The notes under the pieces: model-generated
Databases searched by the model: none
Told to the model about the DNA's origin: nothing
What the model saw: the letters and a program-made list of their open reading frames with translations, nothing else
NCBI GenBank assembly: GCA_965637545.1
Contig: OZ281499.1
Location: 3,472,001 to 3,536,000 of the forward strand
DNA: 64,000 nucleotides
Reading direction: 5' to 3'
Source of the DNA: Phallusia mammillata
Taxonomy: Eukaryota
Position numbers and translations under genes: made by a program
Part shown: positions 24,101 through 35,600 of the stretch, one piece after another
How the letters are laid out: each line of letters begins with the position of its first letter
Position numbering within the stretch: the first letter of the stretch is position 1

Positions 24101-24677
24101 TGCCATGGAATACAGACAAATCCGGTTGGTCACAACTTTTTTCATGTCATAAAACATTTTTTACCAAAAAACTACAGTCTGGAATTTAAATTCCTAATGC
24201 ATACAAACCAAATATGCAATTAATCAAATTCTTCTGTACCTGAACGTAAAAGGTAATTTTCAAGAGATACCAATAAGGAAATGGTTACAAATCACTTTTT
24301 CAGAGATGCAAAGTACATTTTTAATGGGAATTGTCCATGTTTAAACATATCGATTCATACAGCCATAATCTAAGCAAAATTGACTGTGTTTAACAACCAT
24401 ATATATGTGGTAAACCCAGTTACGTGGTTGTTTGCAACACGTTTATGAAAATTAACATTGTAATCATAAAAAAACAGAACAAACTCCTTCAATGCAAGCA
24501 CGAATTCAAGAATTGCAAGAAGAAAGAAAATGCAAGATTTGTCTCGACAATATGGCGGATGTTGTATTTGTCCCGTGTGGTCATTTGTGCAGCTGTGTCA
24601 GGTGTGCAGAGGCTCTAAGGAAATGCCCGATGTGCAGAAAGAAGATAGAGAAGGCCATCCGTACCTACATGTCTTAG
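3671..24677 (+). CDS. Inhibitor of apoptosis protein (BIRC family; BIR-BIR-BIR-UBA-RING, XIAP/DIAP2-like architecture) with long N-terminal extension; 26 coding exons, ~1186 aa
   Basis: Exons joined by GT-AG introns with consistent phase and no stops: 3671-3862, 4133-4183, 4371-4463, 5166-5271, 5746-5846, 6511-6596, 7091-7161, 7577-7729 (alt donor 7750), 7965-8117, 8186-8728, 8831-8994, 9088-9116, 9260-9436, 10596-10708, 11205-11278, 11341-11440, 11840-11901, 12022-12104, 12468-12653, 12714-12828, 12923-13076, 13446-13545, 14565-14754, 15835-15947, 16325-16476, 24478-24677 (sum 3561 nt). In-frame stop at 3599 precedes ATG 3671. BIR, UBA (MGF) and RING motifs recognised by eye. The IAP part (9260 onward) is near-certain; joining of the first 12 exons is less certain. 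Confidence 0.8.
4505..4968. mobile_element. hAT-type non-autonomous element (MITE), 464 bp, IAP intron 3
   Basis: 11-bp TIRs CCGAGTTGCAA / TTGCAACTCTG (1 mismatch); 8-bp TSD AACCGGTT / AACCGGTA; subterminal arrays of (GGTTCGGGCCG)-like motifs at both ends. Confidence 0.85.
6143..6216 (-). mobile_element. Degenerate tRNA-like sequence, probable SINE head (not a functional tRNA)
   Basis: 74 nt folding as GCCTGTG/AGCAGGC acceptor stem, GCTT/GAGC D-stem, GAGTC-CCGGAAA-GACTC anticodon arm and A/B-box-like TAGCTTAGTT and GGTATCGAATCC. The D-loop lacks GG, U33 is absent and the T-arm is imperfect. Confidence 0.6.
9260..10708 (+). CDS. BIR1 domain (exons 9260-9436 and 10596-10708)
   Basis: [12 protein letters not shown]...[18 protein letters not shown]|[28 protein letters not shown]; phase-2 splice cag|gttag ... 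tctag|ttgt. Confidence 0.92.
12022..12828 (+). CDS. BIR2 domain (exons 12022-12104, 12468-12653, 12714-12828)
   Basis: [10 protein letters not shown]|RTFEHWP...[44 protein letters not shown]; canonical CX2CX16HX6C. Confidence 0.95.
12923..14754 (+). CDS. BIR3 domain and Pro-rich linker (exons 12923-13076, 13446-13545, 14565-14754)
   Basis: [16 protein letters not shown]...[10 protein letters not shown]|[33 protein letters not shown]|[13 protein letters not shown]; canonical CX2CX16HX6C with the W..D.PW.EHAKWFP signature of type II (IBM-binding) BIRs. Confidence 0.95.
14356..14527. mobile_element. Small hAT-like MITE (172 bp) in the intron before the last BIR3 exon
   Basis: TIR TAGGGATAGGCC / GGCCCATCCCTA (11/12); eroded 8-bp TSD GTATTTAT / GTTTTAAT; internal hairpin AGCACCGA...TCGGTGCT. 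Confidence 0.7.
15835..16476 (+). CDS. UBA domain and acidic linker (exons 15835-15947, 16325-16476)
   Basis: [26 protein letters not shown]|[18 protein letters not shown], with the MGF loop of IAP UBA domains, followed by DSDDEENES. Confidence 0.85.
16584..17294. mobile_element. 711-bp MITE with GGGGAGACTGGGGAT TIRs (TA-flanked, Tc1/mariner-pogo-like by inference)
   Basis: Perfect 15-bp TIRs at 16584-16598 and 17280-17294, extending imperfectly to ~25 bp; TA on the left, TG on the right. Confidence 0.8.
18800..20100 (+). pseudogene. Heavily decayed LINE (CR1/L2-like ORF2) remnant
   Basis: Stop- and frameshift-ridden fragments in the order expected for APE C-terminus, linker and RT start: DLIVNHK, ASYHCV (cf. 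SDH), [41 protein letters not shown] (cf. KANLLN linker motif). Similarities are weak and judged by eye. Confidence 0.35.
22590..23826 (+). mobile_element. Helentron-associated (HINE / DINE-1-like) non-autonomous rolling-circle element
   Basis: 5' subTIR ATGGGTCCCC (22590-22599) overlapping hairpin GTCCCCTT-ccctg-AAGGGGAC; T-rich tract; internal 128-bp tandem array; 3' subTIR GGGGACCCAT (23797-23806) followed by hairpin GTTTCTGC-ct-GCAGAAAC (23809-23826). Confidence 0.7.
22781..23700. repeat. Tandem array of ~128-bp units (5 well-conserved plus ~2 diverged copies)
   Basis: Unit starts at 22781, 22909, 23037, 23164, 23292, 23420, 23536 (GCCCCAATATTTACCCCACTAGCCCCCTAAAATGGGTGATTTTTTAAACAATGTCCGAATTGGATGAAATTTGG...). 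Confidence 0.95.
24478..24677 (+). CDS. C-terminal RING finger exon of the IAP
   Basis: [66 protein letters not shown]; IAP-type C3HC4 RING. Phase-1 acceptor aaaacag|aa matches the phase-1 donor at 16476. Confidence 0.93.
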
Positions 24678-25117
24678 ACAGGGCCCGGCAAGCACAGAAA
24701 CGACCAAACACCGTTTCATGATTTTTGTCGCTCAAAGTTTGTATCTGCACCAAAAAAACGTCACGTAGATCGACGAATACAAACTGCTACACAAATACGT
24801 TTGTATTAGACATAGTGAAACAAAAGTCTATAGGCAGTGTCGTTTTAAAGTTACATACACCTTCCAGTATTCGATAGATGTATGTAGCCTATATAAGCTA
24901 TTGCTGCCAGGCATAATATCAAGTTTGAAAAGCCCTTCTGGCTAATGCCTTAGTAACGGTGTAGCTGCAGCGCGTTTATAATCTTTCCACCCATTGTGCC
25001 TTTACGTTTGTCGCGCCTTCTAACGTCCCAACGTTGCGCAGCTATTTCCGGCTTGGTGAATATTTTAGGGCAATTGTGCTTCTATGATTTGTATCACCGG
25101 CGAAAAAAACTCAACTG

Positions 25118-25155
25118 AATGTATTTTTATTCAAACGTTGGAATAAAAATACATT
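25118..25155. terminator. Palindromic bidirectional polyadenylation-signal candidate between convergent genes
   Basis: AATGTATTTTTATTC-aaacgttg-GAATAAAAATACATT: perfect 15-bp inverted repeat with AATAAA on + (25142-25147) and on - (25126-25131). Confidence 0.5.
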
Positions 25156-26935
25156 TGCAAGAGCTCTATAAACTTGCTCTGTAGCTCATAACTGCCCACA
25201 GACGTTCGCTTTACAATGTCTCGACCAAATTTAGATTTGTAATAGTTTGTGTTCGTGGATCTCCGTGCCGCTGTTTGTGCAGATGCAAACTTTAAGCAAT
25301 AAATTTCATGTCCAGGTGTTTAATCGTTTCTATGCTTGCTGTTGGGCCAAAATCGTAGGTTGCTGATTACATCTTGGCTTTCAAACGGTTTTTGTGCAAA
25401 GGATTTTGTGAACTTCATTTGCTTCGCATCAATTGCTGTAATGCATAGTGATTTTATAGTATCGTAAATTCTCTTTGCTGGTTGTAAATGTATTGGTACC
25501 ATATCTTACGATAGAGTAAACGTAATTATGTAGAATACCTTGTAACCAAGTCATCTGATTTTTGTACATAATGCATCGAAGTGTTTTTGGAATGTTTAAA
25601 TGTGGCATGGTGACTTCATAATTAGCCTGTATATTTAAAATGTACGCAACTAACTGTGTAGCGCACGATTAAAAAATAAACAAATTTAACCAAAACACGT
25701 CGTGAATAACAGCAGTGAAAGAGAGGTTTTTTTCCCGCGTATGAAAGATTTGATTTCGTACGACGCTGTTTAGTAGAATTTATTGATGGCAGTGAAACGG
25801 TTTGCAAATAGTGTTTTACCCAAACTAACTGCGTTACACGCAGTTACTGTAGTGGAACACTTGAACTCACCAATTTGTATTGCCTATCCAGACAAGCGTA
25901 CCGTTATAGTTCGACTAAAGAAAAACTTCGCAAAAAACGTTGGTCCGCGGGCGTCTTTATTTGATAAAAATTGGTCCTTATTAGAAAAAAAGTTTGGACA
26001 CCCTTTCTGTAGGCAGTTTTGAGTTACAGGTTATGACCTCGAGGCTTTTAGATACGGACCTGACCTTAGTTGCAACATAAGAGATGTAACTTTAACTAAG
26101 AACAAAATTTTCACATGCTGTGCATCTAATTGATACCCAGAGAATGGTATACTGCTGCTGGACACTTTGCAACATTCTCTATTCTTTTTTTGACAAGACA
26201 CGCAAACTGACCTGATCATTGAGTGATTTATTGAACTGTGGCGTATGTAAGATTACGTGACGACACTAGTGACGTCATGACGGTGATGAAAAAATCAAAA
26301 GACAATTTTCTGAGAAGTAGGCTTAATGTGGAGAAAATAGAAGAAGGCGCGAGAGTAAATAATGATTGAGGGCAAAAAAGAGCAATAATGCAGAATATGA
26401 AAGGAACGATGCTAAGGAGGGGAACAGGATTAAACCCCTATTTTCGTTTCTATCACAAATTGTACAAAACTAACAACAGTTTTTTTTCAAACAATTTCAT
26501 AGTTCTTTTTTACTTTTCGTATCGTTTAGTCCCGTTTTCCTCCACAAAGATGAATTAAGACGACATTACAGTGCTGGAAAGGAACCTATAGCGCCTCAAT
26601 GGGAAAATATATGACAAAATAATGGCTGTGCAAGGGACACAGAAAAATTCTCAGTACAGACATTTGAAGATTAAGCGTACCGTAATAATCAACCACCAAA
26701 TCCTGTCCCAAAATATACAAAACTGTATAATGCACTCTGGTGCTACAATTACTTTTGTCCGTTACAGCGAATAATTCATAAATTCGACGAAAATTTTTTT
26801 GTACGCAAGTCAAATGCAAATTAGGGGCGACTTTTGTTAAATTTGCTGTTGCTTAAGAATAGGATCAAACTACTTGCTAACGTGAAGTCTATATGTCAAA
26901 GACAGTGGAAAAAGATACTGCAGCTGAGGAAATAT

Positions 26936-29667
26936 CTAAACGTAAGATTCTGCTGCGTTTTCCAGCTCTTTAAGTTGAAAAACAATAGGAGAACAAGTAA
27001 CAGCATCATCGTATGACATACTGTGTTTAAGGTTGTTGTTATTATTGTTGTTATTTGTGTTATTGTTGGCGTGTGATAGCCGAGCACTTCTTTTTCGTCT
27101 CGACCTGCGCCGCGTGGGACTTGAACCCTCGACCTCTGGTTCTGAAGGCTTCCCAACGCTATTTTGTTTTGAGAAACTACTGCGCGGAGTTTTGCGGTTG
27201 CCGAACGCTAAGGATTCGGAAAGCGTTAAAAGCGCTTCATCTGAAAGGCGTCTCTGCCCATTTTCAATGTCTGAATGGTTGTCGCTTCTGCGCTCGTTCG
27301 GGGTGACTGCAATAGGTTTTGCATACACGCCATCGTCGCGTGTAACCAAGTTTTCTTTTCTTCTCCTTCGCGACGAGCGCCGTTGCGAACTATCACACTC
27401 AAAGTCTTTTAACATCGTGTCCAAGTTCACAAACGAAGCTGGCATCGAGGTTTTTCGCGCCTGCTGATGCTGATACAAAAGCGCATCGCGAATCGCCGTT
27501 TCCGAAATCTTGCGTGAGGCGTTGCTGACGTCACCGCGGTTGAAAGCATTAATTCTGGCGCGAACCGAACCTGACATGGATCGGTCAAAGTTGCTGTTGG
27601 CGACTTTCCCAGTCCGACACGGCGACGTAGCAAGTCCAGGTACAGAAGTGGATGATCGCAAGCGGCGGTCCAACGAGTCCACATTCTTTAATTGTGAGCG
27701 TTTCGGTTCGTTTTGAGGACCAGGTGTTTCAGCTTTGTTACTCGTCGTTGTATGAGTAATAGAAGTTTTCGAAGGCAAACTCAGGCTGAACAGACTCGTT
27801 CCGTCCGCAGTTGACCTTTTCAGGGCATCAGTCAGGGCGTTGACCTTTGGCCGACTTCTTCTATGGCGAATCGGCGTCGAAGAATCAGACGAAACTCCAG
27901 AGCTCGACTTTTCGCCATCGCAGTGACACCGTGTGGGCGTAAGACTCCTGGCAACTCCGCCACAAAAAGTCGCTGTATACTCGCAAGGTACAAACGCGGA
28001 TTTTGGCTTGATAATAGGGCTGACAGGGGTCAGGGATTTCACCGGGGTTTTGGGGCTTTCTGAAGCCTCCGAACCTGAAGATTTCTCTTGTTTCCGATCG
28101 ACAGATTTTTGTCCTTGCCTACCTTCGGTATAGAATATATCGCTTGCAATGGTTCTTTGAGTGGTCTTATCTGAGGATCTGTGTTGTGCAAATCGCTCGA
28201 GGTGGCACCCATGTGTGTAACTGGATCTTCGTGACTGATGCCTACCGCCCTGCTTGGCGATACCCCGGTGGAAATCTCGCATTTCCTTCGACGAAACTGC
28301 ATTGAGACTGGACCGTCGCCGGTTGGTAAAAAGACTAAGGGTCAGCGGCCTTTGTATGCTCGATTCCCCGCCGTTGCCGCACGGCTGGTCGTCGCTGACT
28401 TCGAACAGAGTCTCGGGAAGCACCAGTCCATTCAACGAGTTTGAAAAGATGTGATCCACACTAGACTGGCGGATGGTTTGTAGATATTTTTCAGCAAGTT
28501 GGTTGTTGTTGTTGCTGTTGTTATTATTGTTATTATTATTGTTTTCCGAGTGATTGATATCTTTATGATTGTGTTTAGACGTAGAACCTGCATAAACATA
28601 AGATCAAGTTTAAAACACATTTTCATTATTTAAAAAGTTAAAATTTCACTTTTATTTTACTTTATCCGTCTTTCAAAGTCGATTTTCTGACAAAAAGCCA
28701 GAAAAAAATTGTCACAGTGTGTTTCTAGTGAACATTCCATGTTATATTGCAAGTTTGAAACTCAATATCTCACCTGCATTATAGGCGACTGCCATTTTTC
28801 CACGTATCACTGGCTCCGACCTCCTGCGTCCACAATCAGTTTTAGCTGGCTCGGTGACGTGCGATCGTGCAGCCAAGTCAATCGCATCAACTTTCGAAGC
28901 AAGTAGGCGCTCGAAGGCCGACTCTTCCAGCTCAATTTTGCCGGCAATCGATTCATCAACTCCGGCGTCCTCGCTCCTGATGCCACGGCGTCGAAATTGT
29001 TGTTCATCATCGTCATTGCTTAAAGTCGTGAAGCCAGAATCGTTGCTAAGGCTGCACACGTCAGCACTATGACGTCGTTGTGACGTTTGATCGTCACTGC
29101 TGGTTGATCGAGTTTTTTTCTTGGTCTCATGGTTCGCAAGTGACTGCTGGAGTTCGGATTTCGCACGGTCAAGAACTAATTCAGCTTCCAAGATGTCCTG
29201 ATCGAGGCTGTCCATAGATGACGTGACTTTTAGCTGATGAGATAACGACTGAGTTAGGATAAAATTTAATAGTTTAGATTTATGTCAACTAACTAAGTAA
29301 ATCGTATTATTTAGAAACTGCAAAGATGTGTTAATACAGGAATCGCCCTGACCCACTATTGCTAAACAGACGATTCTAGTTACATGTATTGCGTGTATCA
29401 CAGCTGAAACTTACAGCACACTTGAATCAGTCTGGGTATACCCTAATGCACGTTCTTGTTACTATCGAAATTTCCATAAGCTTACAGAGGATGTCGGAAC
29501 TTTTCGGGATGATCTCTTCCTTTGCAGTTGCTTCCTCATTACTCTTCCACGATCAAACTGTCCGACACTTTCTTCAAAGTTTGAGTCTTCTCTCGCATCT
29601 TTGTCATCTTCCGTCGTGTCATCAACATCTCCATCCAGATGCTCGTCAACATAAGTTTCTTGTTCAT
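26936..29667 (-). CDS. ARHGAP20: C-terminal low-complexity exons of ARHGAP20-like gene (29667-29486, 29233-28774, 28587-26936)
   Basis: Acidic, Ser/Arg-rich and poly-Asn sequence. The last exon is 1652 nt, includes the 507-aa ORF-track ORF, and ends ...ELENAAESYV*. Acceptor tttatgcag|gt at 28588 restores phase with donor gcag|gtgaga at 28773. Confidence 0.88.
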
Positions 29668-32600
29668 CTGCAAACAAACAAGTCACATTAGGTTTAATGA
29701 AAGAATGTACATTATGATTGGAGTTTGTTTTGTGTAAAAAGGCTATTTAGTATAAAACACCGACAACATCAGCCAAAGGGTAACAAAAATCGTTCAACAA
29801 ATTTGGCACAAAAGTTACCTGCAAATTTGACAGTATTAAGGCTTATTATCATTAAAGGCGTACGAATTCTGATCTCATTTCATTTTACAATTTATTCGTA
29901 CTCACAACGGTTTGCAAAGTTTGCGACCTGTTCGTTCTGTATGTTAGTTACATAGTTGTAATGAATTGTTAAAAGGTGAACTTTAATGCCTGCATGTACC
30001 TTGTATAAATTTGTGTACTACATTTTTGTTTATTTTATTGATTTTGACCTTAAAATATATTATCGTTGGACCTTAATACTTTCAGTATACACCACCATTA
30101 AAAGCATCGTCGGTGTCTCAAATACAAAAAAATATAGAAACAAAAGTCCTATAACGCGTGCATTTAAGGTACAGTTTGAATTCCCTTGCCTTGTTTACAT
30201 GAAACGTTATCAACTTCTTCTTCATTTTCTTGGTCGCCTTCATCCTCAATCAGGTTGAGAATTTCTTCACCGAATATCGACCGACAGTTATCGATCATAA
30301 ATCGAAGTAGTTCCTGGACCTGCGACGAGTTTAATGTTTAATTAGGAGGCTTTGAACGAAATTGAAGACCAAAAGTTTGCGGAGACAGACTGTACAAAAC
30401 CTTAAAACTAGTCCTGATTTTATTTGAACGAGATAATGCTGTAAAAGAGAAATATTTATCTCTTTTATGCTGAACGATGAAAACGTTTTTCTTGAACTTG
30501 CATCGCAAAAGTGTCTAAATTTAAATATTTTTGTCAAACCTATTCGAAAAGCAAGGTTTCTCTGGCCATGTATGGATACTTCAATTGCGGAGCATATTCA
30601 ATTGCCCGTGTTTTGTGTTTGAATAAGGAGCCAAGTTTTGAATTAAACACATCTTCTGGCTGATACAGTATGTTTTTTTCCCATTTTGGTATTTCATAGC
30701 GTCCAAACAAATATTCGTTGTACGTGTGATCAACACAAGCGTACAATAACGCCAACACAAAAAACAGAAGATGCTCCACGTGTTAGATATGCCTGTGGTC
30801 TGTACTAATACCCATCAACCAGTTAGGCTGGTTTTAATGAAGTTTTAATAAAGTCACTGTACACCCCGCGGCCCTACCATTTTCGATCCCGATGCTTGTA
30901 AAGTGAGATCAGTGGCCGGGTCCATCCACAAGACACTGGGTGCGATGCAAACGGCCAAGTTGAACGACGTCATCCCGTTTTGGTCCGAATTCTCAGCGAT
31001 CCTGTGCAGTACGGACACGACGTGGCGCAAGAGAGTCTGTGTCAGGTCGTCAAGGGACTCGACTTGCCTGCGCCAACAAATACTTTGTACAAATAAATTG
31101 CTTAAGTCAACATAAATAGCGCACAGTTCACCGCAAACCAGTTTGATTGAAGACGATCGATCAAAAATCAATTTGCAAAAATCAATGGACAGACAACGCC
31201 CCTGCCACGCCAGCTTGAGCAGCCGAAGTAAACACACCCACATACACACCTTCTTATAGATTCAATTTTCTCTTCGTCCGAAGGCTGCTCTAGCGCGCCC
31301 TCCCACGTTCGGAAATGATCGGATCCGAGCAAGGAGTTGGGAATGTTTCGGAGGAAGTCTTTAAGCAGAGCGGCAACCACATGAACATGGACGCTGGTGA
31401 GGTCGTATTCAAGTTCTACAAATATTCACATACAGAAAACTGGCATTAAAAGAGCAAGGCTACAGCACCATGAAAGCTATGCATAAAATTTACTCGGCAT
31501 AAAGATTATCTGAAGTGAATGAGAAACACTAGGTTTCTTGTTGTAGCAAAGCTGATCAAAACGCGGTGCTGTGCTTTTGAAAACGACACGTGCATTTTTT
31601 TATGTTCGTTTTATATTTCATTTTCATTATCTTAAAATGAGTGGATGGCATCTTGCAAAGCCCTTCAATCACGAAGCAGCACCAAGCTTTCATCTGTATT
31701 GATTACCTACTGCTGTTCTTCTATGAGTGGTTTAAGCACTAAAGATAGAACTACCTTGGTTAAGAGCGTGTTTCACCATTCGGATCGTCTTAGCATTTGC
31801 GGACTTTCGAAATACTCCATTTGTGTTTGGTCCTTTACGGTAAACTATCTCCAGAAGCGTCTGAAAGCCAAAAGAACAGAGTTTAGGCAAACTTTCAATA
31901 TAATCCACTAAGCAAACCTTACGAAAGACATAAGTAAATGCATTTTTAAGAGTATGTAATATGTATCCAGCCAAACTTGCAATAAAACATTTTCAGAAGT
32001 AACGGAGACTTTCAGAAATAGACGACATTTTCATAATTACTACGAATCGAAAGAATTAGATTCAAATAGTTTTTGAATGCCAATGCCAAAGCCAAGTCAT
32101 TTCCTTATATAAGCTGTTGCTGCCAGACATAATGTATAAACGAGTATTGCTTTCCGGCAGTTCTATTTAAATAATCGACGTTTCGACGTCCCAAACAAGA
32201 TGCCTTTGTCCAGTCAATGGCATATCTTGAAAGACAAATTTCAAATAAAGCACGAGTCCTTAAAGTTCGTTTGAAAATTGGTACAAGGGCACACATCCTG
32301 AAATAAAAAACTATAACTAATTTTTACCATGACTGGTCGAGGAAGTGCTCCGTCTTCACATAACTGACTTAAAGGTCTAGAAAACAACTTTGGACTGCCG
32401 CAGTCTGAAGCACCGGACGGAGTAGGCGATGGAATGAGATACGATGCGTTGTGATTGGACAGCTGCTCGTCACATGACTCCCAGGAGTCGCTGTACGTCC
32501 TCGGATTGGCTGAGCGCTCGCCCCGACGACCGCTGCTGTTGCGAGAAAGGCTGCGCTTGCGGGCCCAGTTGAAAAACGTGCCAGGCGTCTTGGATTTTAA

Positions 32601-35600
32601 CCGAGCAAGACGCTTCTGACCTTGGTCTACAAATGGAATTTGGATTTAGGATACATTTTCCCTGAAATCAATTTGCTTACATTCAAACGAATCATGACGG
32701 AAAATCGATTTAAAAGTACACGTCGAGCCACGCCCCCTTTTTAGCGGCCACGCCTTCTTTTTATTTACCGTGGTTGAGCTTTAGGCTTCGTGATCGGTTC
32801 TGTAAGTAGAACTGGCATTCGTGTTTCGGCGACAGCTGCTCTCCGGGCACAGCAAGGTACATGAGGTCATTGCTGATGTCATCGTAACCGGGAGATTTGA
32901 TCGAGTAAGCCTCCCGGATGCAGCTCATCTTTATCGCGTGGGGGCGCTCGTGACCTACAGAAAATCGTTGTTTCTAGAATTTTCGATCAGATTTTACATC
33001 GGCCAAATACGGTTGTTGATAGGATTCCTTGGCAATTGGTTTTCGGCAAATTTGTGAACAGGAGATGCAAAAACAATACATTTTGTGGACTGGAACCTAA
33101 AGTCGGTGCTATTGACTAGATATCACCCACTCTGAAAAGATGTAGTGCTTTTAGATAGGTGTCTTAGGACATTCGTGCGTGCAAAAGGATTGAAGTTTTC
33201 AAATGCTTACGGTGCTTTTTGACTAATAAGTTGTATAAATCCACCAACTAGTGATTGTTTCAAAGCGGTTCGTGGAAGACTTTGCTGCCCTTCGTATATC
33301 ATATTGAGGAATAGTTTTAAAGTGCACCTAGCATTTAAAACCTACAACACCTTTTGTACGCACGAATGTCCTAAGACACCACCCTAATAGGACCAGATCT
33401 TTTTTAGAGTGCAAAAACAGCAACAGTTGGTTTCACCACAGGTCACGTAAAAGCCTGAGTTCATTAAATAGCATTTGGAAAAGTTCGTGAGAGGGTCTGC
33501 TAAGTTGACTAAAGTCGATATCAAGAAACAAAGCAACTAGAAAAGTCCATTAGCAAGGGTTTCTGAGCGCTAGTGTTGCGCTCTCAACAGCGTGCCAGCA
33601 ATCGTTTAGGTCTAGAGCGTAACATCAACATTTTAGTGAGGGGCAATTTGTGGGTGTGGCAGAAAGCATTCGTTTCCACTGCAGAAAACTAAGTTCATGG
33701 GATAAGGTGATCTTTGCAAACAGTTAAAGGTTGGGCGTGGTTTGAAGGGTTACATCCTTGTATGGCGTTAACAATTGTTTGTTCTATTATTTCTCCAAAA
33801 AAATTCCCGCCGTAAGGTTATCTTGGAGAATTTTACGCGGAAACAAGGTATAAAATCCCTAACCGAAACTAGGGATTATATACCACAGGATGTCTGACAA
33901 GATATTCGAAGTATTTAATCTGACATTTGACTAATGTCTACTAAACACTTAAAGTGAACTCGTAGGCAACAATATTTCGTTACTTTTCATTACTTACCCA
34001 TCAGTGGATATGCAGTGGTGTCCTTTCCCGTGGTAACCCACATTTGATAGCAGTCAGCGCTTTCCTATGGAAACAGACAGGCAACGTTGTTTAATGTTCA
34101 CAACGTTTAAAGAAGTAAACAAAATAACTTTACCTCACAGGAGTAGGCTTGTAGTGCTTGTTCTACGGTGTCTTTCGTGGTTTGTCGACTGTGAGCGCTG
34201 AAAACCTTCGACTGCCGGGCGAAAAAAGAACATTTACTGGTTAAAATTTGAGTGTTACCCCGACTAAAAACATTTATTACGTTTTTAAGCTAAAAGCTAC
34301 TTTTTGAGGTTAAATTTCTCAATTACAGATTCGCAAAAATCTATTGATCAATGCTAAATCGAGTTAAACGCGTTTAAACAGCGCAAAACGTATTATTAAT
34401 GCAAAACTTGGAAAGAAAAAGTTTGAAAACCACTGATCTAATGATTGCTCGGTTACTTATTCTCATTTACAGTTGGCTAAACAAGTTATAAGCAATTGTA
34501 CCGCTAAAAATAATTTAAGGCTTGCAAGCTTTAAGAATAAAGTGCTAACTGGATTTCAAGGACAGACATTAACCAATCCACTAAAACTACAACATAAAGA
34601 CTTACGGAGGTTGTGTTGTTGGAATTTCTGTAGGTGACGTTAATGTTTAAACATTGATTCTCATTTGCATCCTGACTCTGTTCAACAAGTCTGTAAAATA
34701 CAAAACTAAAGCGTGAACTTGATTCTACTTTAAAATGTAAAAAGTTTCAAAAGAAACATTGCACAATGGTCGTTGACACAAATAGATTTTATTGCCTCCA
34801 AACCTACTTTTTAATGATTAGGCTGCTTGATTTCAATTTGATTTAATGCAGTCAAATTATATTGCACTGACGGCATAATTAACTTGTCCAATTTGCATAT
34901 TATGACACCGATAGAGAAAATTGTCGGGGTCAGAAAATGTTCAGTTCGTAAATTTTTAGGACTTTAATTTGAATGCAAATGGATGGTAATTATATGTGGC
35001 CAACTTAAAATACGATTATATTGGCAAGCGTGACAGCAGCAACAAATAACGAACACAAACAGAGCAAGCCTACAATAGCACTTCAGCGTTCAATATTGTT
35101 GTTACAGTTCTAGCCTCATTGTATTCAATACAAAACTGTGTACGTTTTCACAAAATGATGATTGAGAATTCTTTACAAAATACAAATTGCGAAAAACGCG
35201 AAGTCACACAATAATGGGACCACCAACTATAGTACAGAAGTTTAGACTTGTGTGCGATCATCTGAGATAAAACCACATAAAGACAGAACCTGGTTTGACT
35301 TTTGGCAACTCAAATCTACGAAAACCTTACACAAGATTTCAATAAGCTGTTATCGTTCCTGTAGAATTGCCTAGAAGGTGCGTAATGACACCCAACTACT
35401 TCGACGGCACCGTTTGGCGGCCAATTATCGGCCACGGGCTCGGTAAATGTGCACGTCGCGGGGAAATTCGAAATGTCGCCAAATCGCGGTCGTTGTTTGT
35501 TTTTGTTCGGAGTTGAAGAAAAATGTGACAAATTGCCAGAAGTTTTGCGAACAATCGTGTCCAGAGCAAAGTATCACTGCTTTAAATTGCTGTAAAACTT

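Noticed and set aside
27033-29072. Multiple overlapping + strand and alternate-frame ORFs
   Set aside because: Shadows of the GC-richer RhoGAP coding exons, with no independent motifs.
35316-35531. Open frame with a good donor (tgt|gtaagg) inside a RhoGAP intron
   Set aside because: No in-frame ATG before the upstream stop, and the phase-0 end does not fit the next exon (phase 2). At most a non-coding exon.
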